NCBI GenBank assembly: GCA_030141605.1
Contig: JAQGDQ010000344.1
Span: forward strand, 124,001-188,000
Length of the DNA: 64,000 bases
Direction: 5' to 3'
Source of the DNA: Tubiluchus corallicola
Taxonomy: Eukaryota > Animalia > Priapulida
Notes under the pieces: generated by a model
The model's database searches: none
Seen by the model: only the letters and a program-made list of their open reading frames with translations
What the model was told of the DNA's origin: nothing
Shown here: positions 12,451 through 46,160 of the stretch, one piece after another
How the letters are laid out: each line of letters starts with the position of its first letter
Numbering within the stretch: position 1 is the stretch's first letter
Position numbers and translations under genes: made by a program

Positions 12451-13573
12451 GATGATCGACAACGATGACATACATTGATGATGATGATAATATTAATCCA
12501 AAAAAATTCTTTGTTATTATCGTTGCAAAGCTTAAAATAGTGAATCTGCTAATACCAACACTGGTGACATTAACAACAATATGGATAACGCAGATTCGAT
12601 AAGAATGATGATGATGATGATCTGTAGACGTGTAATCAGCCCAAATGAGATTTTCTCAGTTCGTGATTTTAGTTATGCTTCAGAAAGATGGTGAAAGAGA
12701 CAACAGCATGGATGCTGTTCATGGCATTGACAAGGACGGTCATCACTACTGATGATGACACTGATAACACATGATGACATTGATAACACATGCTGTTCAT
12801 GTCTGGTCCGAGTAGGCCAAAGTTTTTCATCAATGAATTTACTTGATGTTTTTTGATTGTGAAGGCAAATGTGGAAAAAGGTGAGTCAGAAAGAATCACT
12901 ATGGCCCTTTATTTATGGCATATTTGTAATTTCAAAACGCATATAGGCAGCTTTGGAACAATGACGTTGGTTTTGATATACATGTACCCAATATTAATTC
13001 TATGTTTTCTAATATGTGTGCAATAAGATACGCAGATTACGCCTAATCTTTATGGCAGTTAAACCCTAAGGTAAATAACTTGATATACGAGCTTCCTCCG
13101 TACATCAGGCGTGATTTGGAAAAATCTCAAAATAAGTTCAAAGCTCTGCTGGAATTGGCACAGAGGAGGTGCGTACTGCTGCTGCACGGATTGGGACACA
13201 GCAAAAACAAACACTTCCGAAAACGTAGTCAATATAGTCAATAATGCCATCAAAAACATAAGTTCTCGACTCTTTTTGTTTTGCTCTTTACTTACAACAA
13301 AAAGACTGAAAACCGGTATAATGCACCTAAAACAATATGAAACTTGGCCAGTGACTACCGTAGTTCTAATATATTTTACTTGGCTAAAGCTGTTATAGGT
13401 TATGCTATACTAGAACAGCAGTTAGCCTGAATGGAAACCATGCAGTGTTTTCTTTGCTAACGGTTCCAGGATTGTCTAAACGGTTTTAAAAGAACGCCCG
13501 TTGACTACGTTTAGCACTAGGCATTAGAAGGAATTCTCTGGTCGAAAGAATTTATCTTAATTCGTACAATGAC

Positions 13574-13972
13574 TAGGATTGCCACCTCGTCACGAACCAA
13601 ATGAGATTTCTGGAGACAGGTTATGTTGTGTGAATTAAAGCTAAACCGGAAGATTGTTTGCACTGGAGCACTTACGGCTGCAGCAAAAATTATTGGCGAA
13701 AAATGTAAACAGCGTTAATGATGAGGCCATGTAAAAGTTTAAACTTAATGTAATAACTTTACTATTTTACTTAAGAGAGATTCTTCTATTTTTAGCTTAG
13801 TTCTTAACGTTTCAATGGCATGTAAGAGGTATTTCCGTTTTTTTCCATTTAAATTTCAACGCAAAGGTCGAAATCGGGAGATTTCAAAATCTTTCAAAAA
13901 TCCCACCAAAGCCCGGTTGTATAGCTGAATTTTAGAAGACTCCGTGCCAAATCAGGAGTGGTGGTAACTTTA
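13574..13972. mobile_element. Old hAT-like MITE
   Basis: taggattgccacc...ggtggtaacttta; right end recurs inverted near 21623. Confidence 0.5.
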
Positions 13973-14242
13973 ACAGAAACCGCTAGATAACAGAAGCCAT
14001 GCTGACTAAGACTATTATATCCTGCATGAGAGACGTCATTGCAGTAGGCCCTAATAACTCTTGTTAGTCTCGACGATCACGAGACTGTGTGATTAGCGCC
14101 CCACGACATCTGGTTCAAATTGTGCATCCATTTAATGATTAAATAATTTTGATAAGCTTAAAATAAAAAAATATTATGATTACGTCACTATTGTCCAGAT
14201 ACAAAGGACGGCGAGTCATCCTTAGCTTATGCCACTAATTAA

Positions 14243-14418
14243 AGTGGCGTCCAGATGCGTATGCGTTGGGGGGTGCGGAATAGATACCAGTTTATATTGT
14301 TTTTAATGCACCCGTTTAGGCAGCCTCTGCGTATGCGTTATTTTTTTCTGCAGCTATTTCTATTGATTTTCTCCGCAGCGATTCTGCACGTGGAAACGCA
14401 TACGCATCCGGATACTAC
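14243..14418. mobile_element. Small inverted-repeat element
   Basis: gtggcgtccagatgcgtatgcgtt / aacgcatacgcatccggatactac. Confidence 0.55.
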
Positions 14419-14745
14419 GTGAACGCAATCAAATCTTCTTCGGATTAAAGCAAACAGCGCATGCGCTAAGATGGTAGGCCAAAAGAATGGCCAATAATGT
14501 CTGCTGGAATAACACGTGGTTACTACAGTCCGGCGGCACAATGCCATAATCACGGGTTTTTATGGACTAGCATTCCGCGATTTCAGTGTACTTTCCTACC
14601 AAAAAAAACTTTAATTAAACGTGGAATTTTCAAGACCGACGACATTAGACATTTTTGCAGTTCTGGTACCATGAGTTTTTAGATGTTTTTGGATCTTTGC
14701 CATACGCGACGATCACGACGCTACCTACAGCAGGGCTATCTACAG
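14380..14745 (+). promoter_or_regulatory. Putative promoter and non-coding first exon of the SLC6 gene
   Basis: CpG-richer patch with GCGCATGCGC, AAGATGG, GGCCAAT and two CACGTG, then donor cag|gtacaa at 14746; the ATG exon has an acceptor at 19871. Confidence 0.35.
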
Positions 14746-17589
14746 GTACAAAATAGTTCGTACTTTGGCGTTACGTTAAAGACTAAAGAGCGCATCAGCA
14801 AATATTTTATAAGTGATATTTGTCGTTATTTATGGGATTTTGTTTGCTAGCTGTTGTTTACCAACTGTAATCGCAGTAGATATGATAACATTATTACCGG
14901 CGAGCGATATAATCACAACAACAGCCAGGGTGTCGTGTAGACGTTGTACCATAGACATGTTTCAAATAATGATATAACACAATTTTTGCTTTAATGAGAC
15001 ACTGAAAGTTGATGTACATTATTTTGATTTTTAAAGCAGTTTTCCAACTGAAAACGCGTTGAATTATCATGTTAATGATGTTATATTTTGCTTCGTAGTA
15101 AAATAAAATTGAAACAGTAAACCAAGTTCAAAAACATTGCGATTTACGTTTGTAATACATGTAGTTGTGAACTTAGCAAAGATCACTCCGTATTCTGCAA
15201 AGACTAGAAACTTATCAAAGCTTTGATATTGGAATATGTGACAGAAACAAAAGCACAGTGTTGTTGTTACTTTTCTATAATAAGGAAGGTAGGCCTAGTA
15301 ATTTACTGTGTTAGTTAGTACAAACTTGTTAGTTGTTGTCATGCATAAGGAAATTAGGATAGGAAATCTATTGTTTTAGCTTCACAGGGACTCGGTCAGA
15401 TTTTGTTAATCCCAAGTTTTTAAATGATTAGTGTGAGTTAAGCCCAAGGTGCCTCGACATGATTATTAATAACTGTACCCACAACAATAGTTGTTGCAGT
15501 AGATATTGAGCTAGTTGAGTGGTGAATTTATTCGGAGCTGATGACAATAATTATGTTTAATGCAATTATGCAGTACTTTTATTTGCATAAGTTTTATCGT
15601 TTCATAGTGCGACTAACGAGCAGCATTTTGTCAAATTTCCAAAAGGAAAGGAAAAACAGTTTACTTCATACACGCGTACAAGAACTTAACCTCGCTTTTT
15701 AAAAGTGCATTAGTTTCAAATGGTTCATAACTAACTACAGCAGATGGTGACACTGGTTGGCATTGCAAACTGTGCAGGCAATAGCACATATAATGTGGTA
15801 TCATCTTGAAGATGCTTCTTTAATAGAAATCATAAATGGTTATATATCATAATGCAGTGCATAGTAAGTGTGCATAAAAATTTAATGCTGCTAGTTTTTG
15901 GGCTACTCGCTTGCGAAGTAACTCTATAAAGTGGTCTGTTTCACTGTGATTTTGCCATCATTCTCATTCTCATTGTCCATGCAACAAGTTTTTATCAGTT
16001 TTTAATATTGTTATGGCACAACGGAGTTAATTTATAAATATTCTCAATTATGAAGAATACAGATTTTGTGGGTGGTAAATTTGCTGTTTTAAATGACACA
16101 TTTGTGCAGCTGGGCAGGAGAAGCTCAATAAGCGAGTAACCCATTAGAGTAATAAAGTGCTTCGTATTGCAGATTTAACATGTTTAACTTCATTTTTATG
16201 TTTTAGAAATATTGCATTGAATGGTTTATATTACAAGGTTCAATTTATTTTGAATGGTTTGTTTTGCTAACTGATTAACCGATTTTGTTTACATGTATAT
16301 GTTGCTATGTTTTATTTGTGGTTTATTCTTTATTGTTTCCAACTGCTTTATTCATTCTTCATTTCTTCTACCTGCCTGCCTGTCTTTTTCTTTCATTGAT
16401 TCGTTCATTTAGTCTTTCTTTCTTGTTTCCTTCATTTCTCTCTTCTTTCTTTTTCTTTCATCTTCTGTTTCTTCCCTTCTTCGTAATTTTCTTTTTTGCT
16501 TCCTTCCTTTCTGTTTTGCATTTGCTTTCAACTCTTTTCGCATAATCTTTTCAGGCTCTCAAAAACATTATAGAGACATTAGTCCATTTGAAAGTTATTG
16601 GTAGGTTTCGATAATTAGTTGATAGTCCGTCAGCTATGAATACATATGAATACAAATTCGAATACATTGTTGTAATAATTAGTTACCTTGCGGCTGCGGT
16701 AATTAGTTTACACACTTGCGTTATCATGATAATTTAGTAAGTTGTTTTAAATACACGTATGTAAAAACGTTTGGAAAACACGACAAAAACCATGTGATAG
16801 TCAAAATTATAATATCAATACTTTCAGTCCAAAAACCTTGCAATTGTTTAACATGGTGCTGGGCTCCCGCCAGATCTTAGTAATTTTCCATGGAAATTTT
16901 TAAAGTTATTTTCCCGCTGTTGCTACGCCTGTGTTTGTTGACACACTGCACCCTACATTGGAAATTCTGTGCCCACGCAGCGAGACGGTTTAGGCTTCAT
17001 TGGAGTATAATGTCGATTTTGGGGATAAATGATGCTCGTTATGTTGTGTTACTGTTTGAGTAGCTATAAAAATTTTCATACAGTTTATTCAGTGGGCTTG
17101 TACAGTGGCTACAGTCCCATAAGAATAGGCTTTGTGCCCAGGCTTATATTATTCAGACAATAAAATTATTTTATATACTTATCTATGAGTTATGTGGACA
17201 TAAATAGCATTGCTAGATAAGCATTGTGCTAGGCTATAAAATTTCTTGCTTAAGGTGAATTTTTTTTTGTGACCAGCGAATAAAGATAAGTTAAACAATT
17301 TGCATAAATTTTACTGATATATCTCTGATGTTTCTCTCATCCACATCCATCGTGGATGCATCAACTTGTTTTTCTTTGGCTGGAACCAAGAGAAACTCAC
17401 GAACACCAGCAGATAGGCTCGACAGCCTTGAATTCGATACTGACCCCTTTTCAGTCATTCCTGTTCGTCTAGACTAAAAGTTTTCACAATAGGCATTGAA
17501 TGCATGAGGTTCTCTTGTACTCATGTAGCAGCTATGCTTTGGCGTAGAAATAGTTTTACCTTTATTTGTACATTCTTCAACATTTTTTC

Positions 17590-17850
17590 TCTACCTCATT
17601 CTTTTCCTCTGTCTGACACTACCTCTGTTTGACTCTCCCTCTTTCTTTTCCTCTGTCTGACTCTACCTGATTCTTTTCCCTCTGGCTGACTCTCCCTCTG
17701 TCTGACTCTACCTCATTCTTTTCCCTCTGGCTGACTCTCCCTCTATGCAACTCTCCCTCATTCTTTTCCCTCTGTCTGATTTTCCCTCATTCTTTTCCCT
17801 CTGTTTGACTCTTCCTCATTCTTTTCCCTCTGTCTGACTCTCTCTCTATC
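17590..17850. repeat. Pyrimidine-rich minisatellite, unit about 30 bp
   Basis: ctcattcttttccctctgtctgactctc repeated. Confidence 0.85.
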
Positions 17851-19930
17851 CCACCTCTCATGCTGTCATTGCTTCCACCGGAAAAGTACAAGTGATATGA
17901 TTGGTGATTCCTTTCTCAACTCCGCCTCACCGGTATAATAGTGAGTTTCACACTTTTGAATGAAACATTAAACTTGACAATGATAAGTATTTAAAATTTA
18001 ATTCGTGAAAATGAGGCGAAAAAGCAAACAAAAAGAAGGAGCAACCAGATATTCTACTGAAAATCCAGCAGTTTGTTTGTCGGGAGAATTTTTTTTCGAT
18101 TAATCATAATGTGGCCCTTAGGTTTCTCTAAATAAGTTTTAAAAAAACTTATAAACAAAATATCATTGTGTATATTATGGTATTACACAGGGCCAGTTTT
18201 AAGCCAATTTGACAGATTCTTCCCGATCCAAGAAGGGCCCCGCTTTCACATGCTAGAGTAAGACTATGATGAATTAATGAGTTACCAATATGCGCGAAGT
18301 TTCTTGATACTGTGAACACTGTGAAATTATTCAGTCTGATATTGTATATTGCAAGGTTCTTACACATAACTAAACTAGATATTGCTGTTGTATAGTCTGT
18401 GGGAAGGGCTTCCTACCTATCACCCCTCCTTTCATAATATACTATAACTTATCCATGCATAACATGATCTTGGAAAGTGCATGACACAGATATCCAAGAA
18501 AGTACAGTGGAACTGCTGAATCTTAAAGCAGCTAAAATGCTTTAACTTTTTATTTTAACTTTACTTTACTAAAAATGGTTAAAATCCTAAACTTGGTTAT
18601 AAGTCTCTAAAGCACTAAACTTGTGCACATCTGCTATTTGACTGATCTAACATAAAGAGACTCAGAGGTGATACCAAACTACTTCAGTTTTGATGTTGTG
18701 GATGGAGCTTTATTCACACTGATGAGATGTTGGAACTCTCTACGATGCGCCTAATTCTAAACTACATGGAGAGGCGTGACTAGCCACCAGAGTCCAGACG
18801 TTGTGGATTGTGGACGTATCCTGAGTCAACCACAAGGACTTGTGAGCCATTCCTTTGTTCATATTTGATTGGTGCTGCAGCCGGCGTCATCACCGTTGAT
18901 TGTTATGGCCATGGATTTGAAGTCGTTGATGTTTTGCCGTGACTGACTGGAGTGAGCTACATCCTCGGACTCCTCTCCCATGTCCTTGCCCTCTCAGGGG
19001 AAGGGTTAACTGATAAGTAGACATCCTTGTTTTTCTTTTCACTTTGTCATTTTTTTTATTATTAACTGCCTTTACGCGAAACTGTTATTGACAATATAAC
19101 CTGTTCTGATTTATCTAAACGGACTAAAAAGTAAATAAAAATAGTAAAAATAATCATAATCTTTTCCTCCATTTCACATGAGATTTTGTTGTTGGAATGT
19201 TTGAAATCTATGTATGTCATGGTCAACAGGGAAAACCATAATGCCTAAGTAGACCCTCGTAAAACGTAACATCAAGTCTTAGACCCACTGGTTTTTCAAG
19301 TGAGCCCTTCGACATTGCAACCTCTCTAAAGACATATTAATTATACCTGTGTTGTTGAAATTTTTAGTTCATATGTCTTGTTGCCCTCTGGAAAATTGTA
19401 GGACAACAACCGCCCACGTATGTTGCACAAACCTTTTATTGTGAATAAAAGATGATGCGACAGATTAGTCAGATTTGTGGATGAGTTGGAAGGTAAAGAG
19501 TTGCACCCCCACCATAAAAATCTACTAGCTCCCAACATATATCTATGTTTCTATATTTTTTTACTGATCGTTTGTTTATTTGTTTTGTAATTTCAGTTTT
19601 CATCTGTTTTTAGAAGGTACATGCACAAACAGTAAGTCAGTAATTATCTTGATTTGTAACAAAATAATAAATATTTCATACTGGTTTTCAATTGCTAGTA
19701 CATATCATTGCGGCTAATGGTGGAGCCTCAATCCCTCAGCGCTTTTTGCTTGGGACTGGAGTACTACACAAGGCATAGAACGCAATTCTTCAGCTTTTGC
19801 AGGGTAGCGGACTAACAATTTTCTAACTGGACCCCGCTCTTCCTAAAATTCTTTTTTTCTATAATTTTCAGAAGCACTAACCACATGATCACCACATGAA
19901 ACAACGTGATTTTCTTGAATAAGGAGAAAT

Positions 19931-40837
<20,907 letters not shown>

Positions 40838-41639
40838 AGGTAGAGTCTCAATGAGGAGCGGACAATTTTCTCAGTGTGGCTTCCGCCGCAATCGGTAAAA
40901 TGTTTACAGTGACTGCCATTGTGCTGTGCTTCAAATCATCAGCAAAAAAATTAGAAAAAATGTATTGTAAATGAATGTGGAGTAGAACGAAGATGAGTTT
41001 TAGAAATGACTGTTAAATAATACTGTTAAATAATTAAACATACTGTTAAATAATATCTCTTTGCATCTTAGAGATGCATATAATGGAGTTCACACGATGA
41101 CCTCGCAGGTTGTATCTGTATGCAAGCTCTATTGTTTGCTATTGTACGAAAATATGTGACACCTAATTAACAACAATCGCAGCTAGTCGACTAAATAACA
41201 GGTTAGTCCCATTGTGGCAAGTGTTAAACTAATTAGTTTCCCTGCAGCGTTAGGCAACCGTAATATTGATTACGGTAGATTTGCGCTAATAATTTTGTTC
41301 CGCGATACTTAAAATACAGCAAACTTCCAAAATACATTGAAGCACAAATCTGATGCGAGGTGCATCAGTAATAATGGATAAGCGAAAGAACTATTGTTAG
41401 CAGTTCTTACAGTTAATTCACATTTACGAGCAAGGATGTTACTGCAAAAAACTGAAGTTACAAACTGAAACCGAAATTTATGAAACATAGGAAACCGATA
41501 CGGAAACGAAACCGAACCGAAATCACTTTTTGCAACTAATTGCTATGAAATCTGTAAAAAAAAATCTGAAATAAATAAAATACTTTGTTTTTGTTTTGGT
41601 TTACTTTTATCTGATACAAACTTAATGATGTAGCTAGGC

Positions 41640-41837
41640 AAAAAATCTTAACTAAAAAGGTCGAACAATATTTATGGTTATAGATCATGATGCTTCGAAA
41701 CAGTCGAAACTTTCATGAACCCATTCAAAAAGGCAGCAAAAAATCTAACTAAAAAGGTCGAACAATATTTATGGTTATAGATCATGATGCTTCGAAACAG
41801 TCGAAACTTTCATGAACCCATTCAAAAAGGCAGCAAA
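41640..41837. repeat. Near-perfect tandem duplication of about 97 bp
   Basis: aactaaaaaggtcgaacaatattt...aaaaggcagcaaa present twice. Confidence 0.9.
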
Positions 41838-42081
41838 CTCTTACGATCTTAAAGGAGTTAACAAAACTAATGAGTCAACGGTGTTGCTCGTTCCTAGAAA
41901 AAGTAACATCCAATACTGAGAGTTTCTGCGTTTTAGAGACGTTATCCTCTATATCTTTGCTTAGTGTACCTCTCGGAATATTAGTTTTTTTACATTCGTT
42001 AATAAATGAAGAAAGAATCTTACATTAATGAAACAACAAAGGTAACAAAAGGAGTCATGTCGTCGTTTTTCAATCTGTATT

Positions 42082-42452
42082 TAAGGGTGAGCATCGAGCG
42101 TTCAAATTTGATTCGAACGAGTTTTTTAATTCAAATTTGTTAAAATTATAGATTTGAATAATTCAGCACTTCAACCATATACGTTCTTTTGTCATTAAAG
42201 CGTTTTAAACATCACTCAATTAGCACAATTTAAAAGCAATTTCTGTGCACAATTTTTAAACTAAGTATTAGTGGTTTTATTGCAGAACAAAATCGAGTAA
42301 TATGCATGATCTTGTACGACAAATTTTTATTGCTGGTTCGAAAATCTTTCGAACTCGAATTCGATTTTGAAATACTGAAATTAGGTTTGATTTGAATTAG
42401 AAAGTCACAAATTCGATTTGATTCGATCTCTGGTAGAGAATTCTCATCCCTA
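42082..42452. mobile_element. Old hAT-like MITE with ttcga subterminal repeats
   Basis: taagggtgag / ctcatcccta; flanks tctgtatt / tgtgtaat. Confidence 0.5.
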
Positions 42453-45102
42453 TGTGTAATTCTTTAAAAAACATGTTTCAATGTTTTCAGTGACCAGCGT
42501 ACATATCATTATTGCGGAATGTTTTTTAATCCCGGTGAAACTTACTTATGCTGTTTTTATTACATGGTTATAGGAATATTAGCACTATTGACTGGTCTGT
42601 ATATATTGTATAAAGGCACTGTAGTATTTTGATAGCATAACAATTTAATGTAACAATGTATTTATGAATATTTTGTGATGCATTTAAATTTTGTTAACTG
42701 TTTTGGAGTTTGCTGCTATTTTGGCTGCTCCACAACCTCAGGTGTCGATTAAAGAGGTCCAATTGATATACAGGTCATTGCAAGAAAAATTTGTATTAAA
42801 TGTTTTACATGTTCAATTTCAATTTCGTACAAATGAAAACTCGTATTCTAATATAGAATTTGTTAATCCATTTTTATCCATGCAATAGTTTATATGCCAT
42901 TTTAATGGAAAATGTTGCTTTCTCTCCTGCATCTATTAAGCTACGACTCCATGTGCACGTAATGTGTAACGCGTGATCTGTGACTGTAGCGCGTGATGCG
43001 TATTGACTGTTTCCACGTGTCCGTAAACGATACACGTATAAACAAAGCTCATGCGCCCTTTTTTGGCCATTATTTGTGAAAATTGCAAGCAATAATTTTT
43101 GGAAGGCATGTTTCTGTCAAAATTTAAGCTTGATAATTACAGCTGCAGCATTAGCTTATTATTGTAGTATAATTAAATCACAGGTTTTGGGTGCACAACG
43201 TTTTGCAGGACAGAGAACAATATGGCACACACCATCATTTAGTGAAAGAATTGCAGTTAGATTCACAACACTTGTCTACATGCTTCTTTAACCTTTCAAA
43301 AACTCGAATAGAAAAAATATTATTGTTTATAGGCCCTAATGTGACCTAAACTCACCTAACTAGAATTTTCAGAAAGCTAAACAGCAAAAATGGTCACCGG
43401 AAACTTGAAAATCCGCTATAATCACCTAGCCAACGGCGGTTTCCCATCTGCGCATTGCTGCATGATGCGTATAACATAGCGATCACGTTCATGTTGTATA
43501 CACATTGTAGATCATGCATCATGCATTTTGTTACACTAATAGCAAGCAACAGGCATACCTAGGGTTGCCTGGTCCTCACAAGTCGAAATCAGGAGTCAGA
43601 AATTAGCTAGGGGGTAGTGCTGCAAACCGACACATTGCATCCTGTGTTTTCGATGTATTATGAGGACTTGTTCAGAAACAAAAAATTAAGAAATTAAACC
43701 ACAAAGTAGTATACGTTTCCTTATTAAAGATGCAAAAAGCCTTAAAATCTAAAACTTTCAAATATGTTAGGTCTGTTTTTAGAGTTCCTTCCGAATCCCA
43801 ATACATTTCTTACATTTTGAGATTTATGGAAATTATTAGAAACTTTGTGTTAGATGAATTTAATCTAAATCTGCTTTTCTGTGCCTCTGTTATTAAGACC
43901 AAACTGGCTCAAGCAAAGTGAGCAAATGTTCAAAGATTACTTGCGTTGCGCTTTCCTATAGTGTTAGCTATAGACTCGGCTCTAGTTACAATTTAGACAA
44001 TCATGACAGGTTTCTATGTAGAATAAAGGTTTTCAACATTTTACCAACAACAGCAGAATAACAATGATTTGTGTAAGAATTGCTATGCTGTTAAAGTTTT
44101 GTTCAGTTTTTGTTTTTTAATTCCATTATGAGTTTTGTGATACTTGTAACTTTACTACCAAAATACATGGTGCTGTACAGACGTTATTACTATATCCATA
44201 AAAACTAACTAAACTTTTAAAGTTAATGCAATTGATAGACATGCGGATGTCTTTTTAAGTTTCTGAAAATAAATCAGATCTTTAATTTTTTTCCTTAACT
44301 CATTAAACTTAAATTACACTTTCATTTCACTGCCATCAAGCATACCCAAAATTATTTACCGTCCTGCCTAATATTACATTTTTGTACATCTAGCAAGTAT
44401 GCTAGTGTCACTGTCGATTAAGTTTTTGTTTGTATAGTCAGCATTCACCGTGTATTTTCATTTCTTTCCGTCGCAATTGTACAGTATTTGTACGCAATTA
44501 TCTGTAGTATATATTTAATTAACAATTAGAATTTAAGACATGCTCTTGCAATATAAGTTAAATTAAATAAACGCGAGTTCTTAAATTTGACGTACATTCA
44601 AACCTTATTATAATGTCCCCTTTATGATGCCTCCGGCTAACGTCCTAATTTTTGGCAAAACAAAATGTCTATTTCTGCATAGACATGCATGTATTGATGC
44701 ACCTTGCTATAATACCAAACTTGCTATAATGCCAACTTTTTTTGCAGTCGCAAAGTGGGCGTTATAATGAGGTTGGCTTGTAGTTTCATTTGTATTTTTT
44801 GTACCTTGTGGTTTACCAGTAAATACAATTAATAATTTTTTGTACTTTAGCATAAAAATGTATTCGTAGTTACAATACCGTCGTATTTACAATTAATAAC
44901 GATACAACAAACTAGCTATCTCCAGCTATTAGCAAGGGAATAAAAGCACACGTGCATTCACTGTTGATACGTAAGATATTTTTCACTACATGTGTATTAC
45001 TAAAATTTATCTCGCGTAAAAAAATGTTAGTGAAAAGTTCAAGCATTAGGTCAATAAAATGTGGTTAGAAAATGTGCATTAGTAGACCGTTTATGCTAAT
45101 AG

Positions 45103-46034
45103 TACAATAAGTCCCCGCTTAGCGATGTTTCGTTTTAATGATGCTGATCTTTCGACAACTTTTATTCACTTAGCGATGCATGTTTCGATTTAACGACATT
45201 CGTCCTTCAAGTACTGAAATTTTGGTTACTGCACTCGCCCTATTAACAGAAATCGCGGTAATAATTTGCAGTCACAGGCTCGCTGCAAAGATTCATTACT
45301 AACCACTCATTAATTACTTTAGCGCTTTCCTATGTGGCTGGAGATGAAATTCCATCTAATAAAGATCTCTCATGTTTACATTACTGGGTTAATTATTGCT
45401 GCCTTCACATCATTTGCATTTACGTTGTCGGAAGAAAAAAACTAAAAATATATTCAGGAGCGTTAATCAGAAGTGGGTGGGGTTAAACATCTACATCATC
45501 GCCATAAAATACAGTATTGGCGCTAGACTTGATTTTTTTGTGAAAATAATCCAGATAGAGAGAGAGATTAAGAAGTGAGAACAAATCGTTTCTGATGGCT
45601 TGACAGTGTTGAAAAGAAGTTTAGCAGAAAAAAGGAAGAGTCTGTCTATGCAACAAATGCTAGATTTTTTTGCAAAAAACAAGCATAGAAGAAAGAGGAA
45701 GGAGGGTATCAATCAGAGGAAAATACATCTAAGCAAGAAAGAATCTATGTTTCAGATTTGAATTTTCACTACAAACTTTAATTCTCTTTAACTTTTAGTG
45801 AAAAATTGTCAGGAATATATTGTCACAAAACGTTTGAATTACGAGCAAGCATTATTAATTTTTGTCCAACAAGGCAAGTGAGAGTTTTACATAGCTAGAC
45901 ATTATTGATCTTTGGGTGGGGAACACAACTGAATGCTTTTACATTGTTTTTTATGGAAGGCATTGTTTTACATAATGGCGTTTCCCTCAAATATGCTGGA
46001 ATGCATTAGCATCGTTAAGTGAGGACTTACTGTA
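45103..46034. mobile_element. pogo/Tigger-like (Tc1/mariner) MITE
   Basis: ta-caataagtccccgcttagcgatg / catcgttaagtgaggacttactg-ta. Confidence 0.75.
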
Positions 46035-46088
46035 TTACCTTTTGAAGACAGTTTAGATGAAATGCAGCACTTAGACACGTAAGCTTGG

Positions 46089-46160
46089 TCAAGAGTCATA
46101 ATTCTGAAGATACAATAGACGACTTGGGTTAAACTTCTCCCTGCACAAAGGACATTCTGC
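46089..46160 (-). CDS. PEX10: PEX10 exon 7 (terminal)
   Basis: aacag|[23 protein letters not shown]. Confidence 0.92.
   Translation of the reverse strand, partial: AECPLCREKFNPSRLLYLQNYDS

Noticed and set aside
13111-13398. 95-aa ORF with YCCC, a possible THAP or transposase remnant
   Set aside because: No complete motif, splice support or recognisable homology
18717-18760. CTGATGAG as a hammerhead core
   Set aside because: No GAAA box follows the potential stem
19921-19930. AAGGAG Shine-Dalgarno-like word before the SLC6 ATG
   Set aside because: The gene is intron-containing and eukaryotic; a chance match
41640-41837. Possible dimeric hammerhead in the 97-bp duplication (two cgaaac motifs per unit)
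   Set aside because: No CUGANGA box; the nearest match AUGAUGC breaks two core positions
46071-46091. Stop-codon read-through of PEX10 (UGA-C) creating a targeting signal
   Set aside because: Context is UGA CCA rather than UGA CUA, and the extension XPSLRV* does not end in a PTS1
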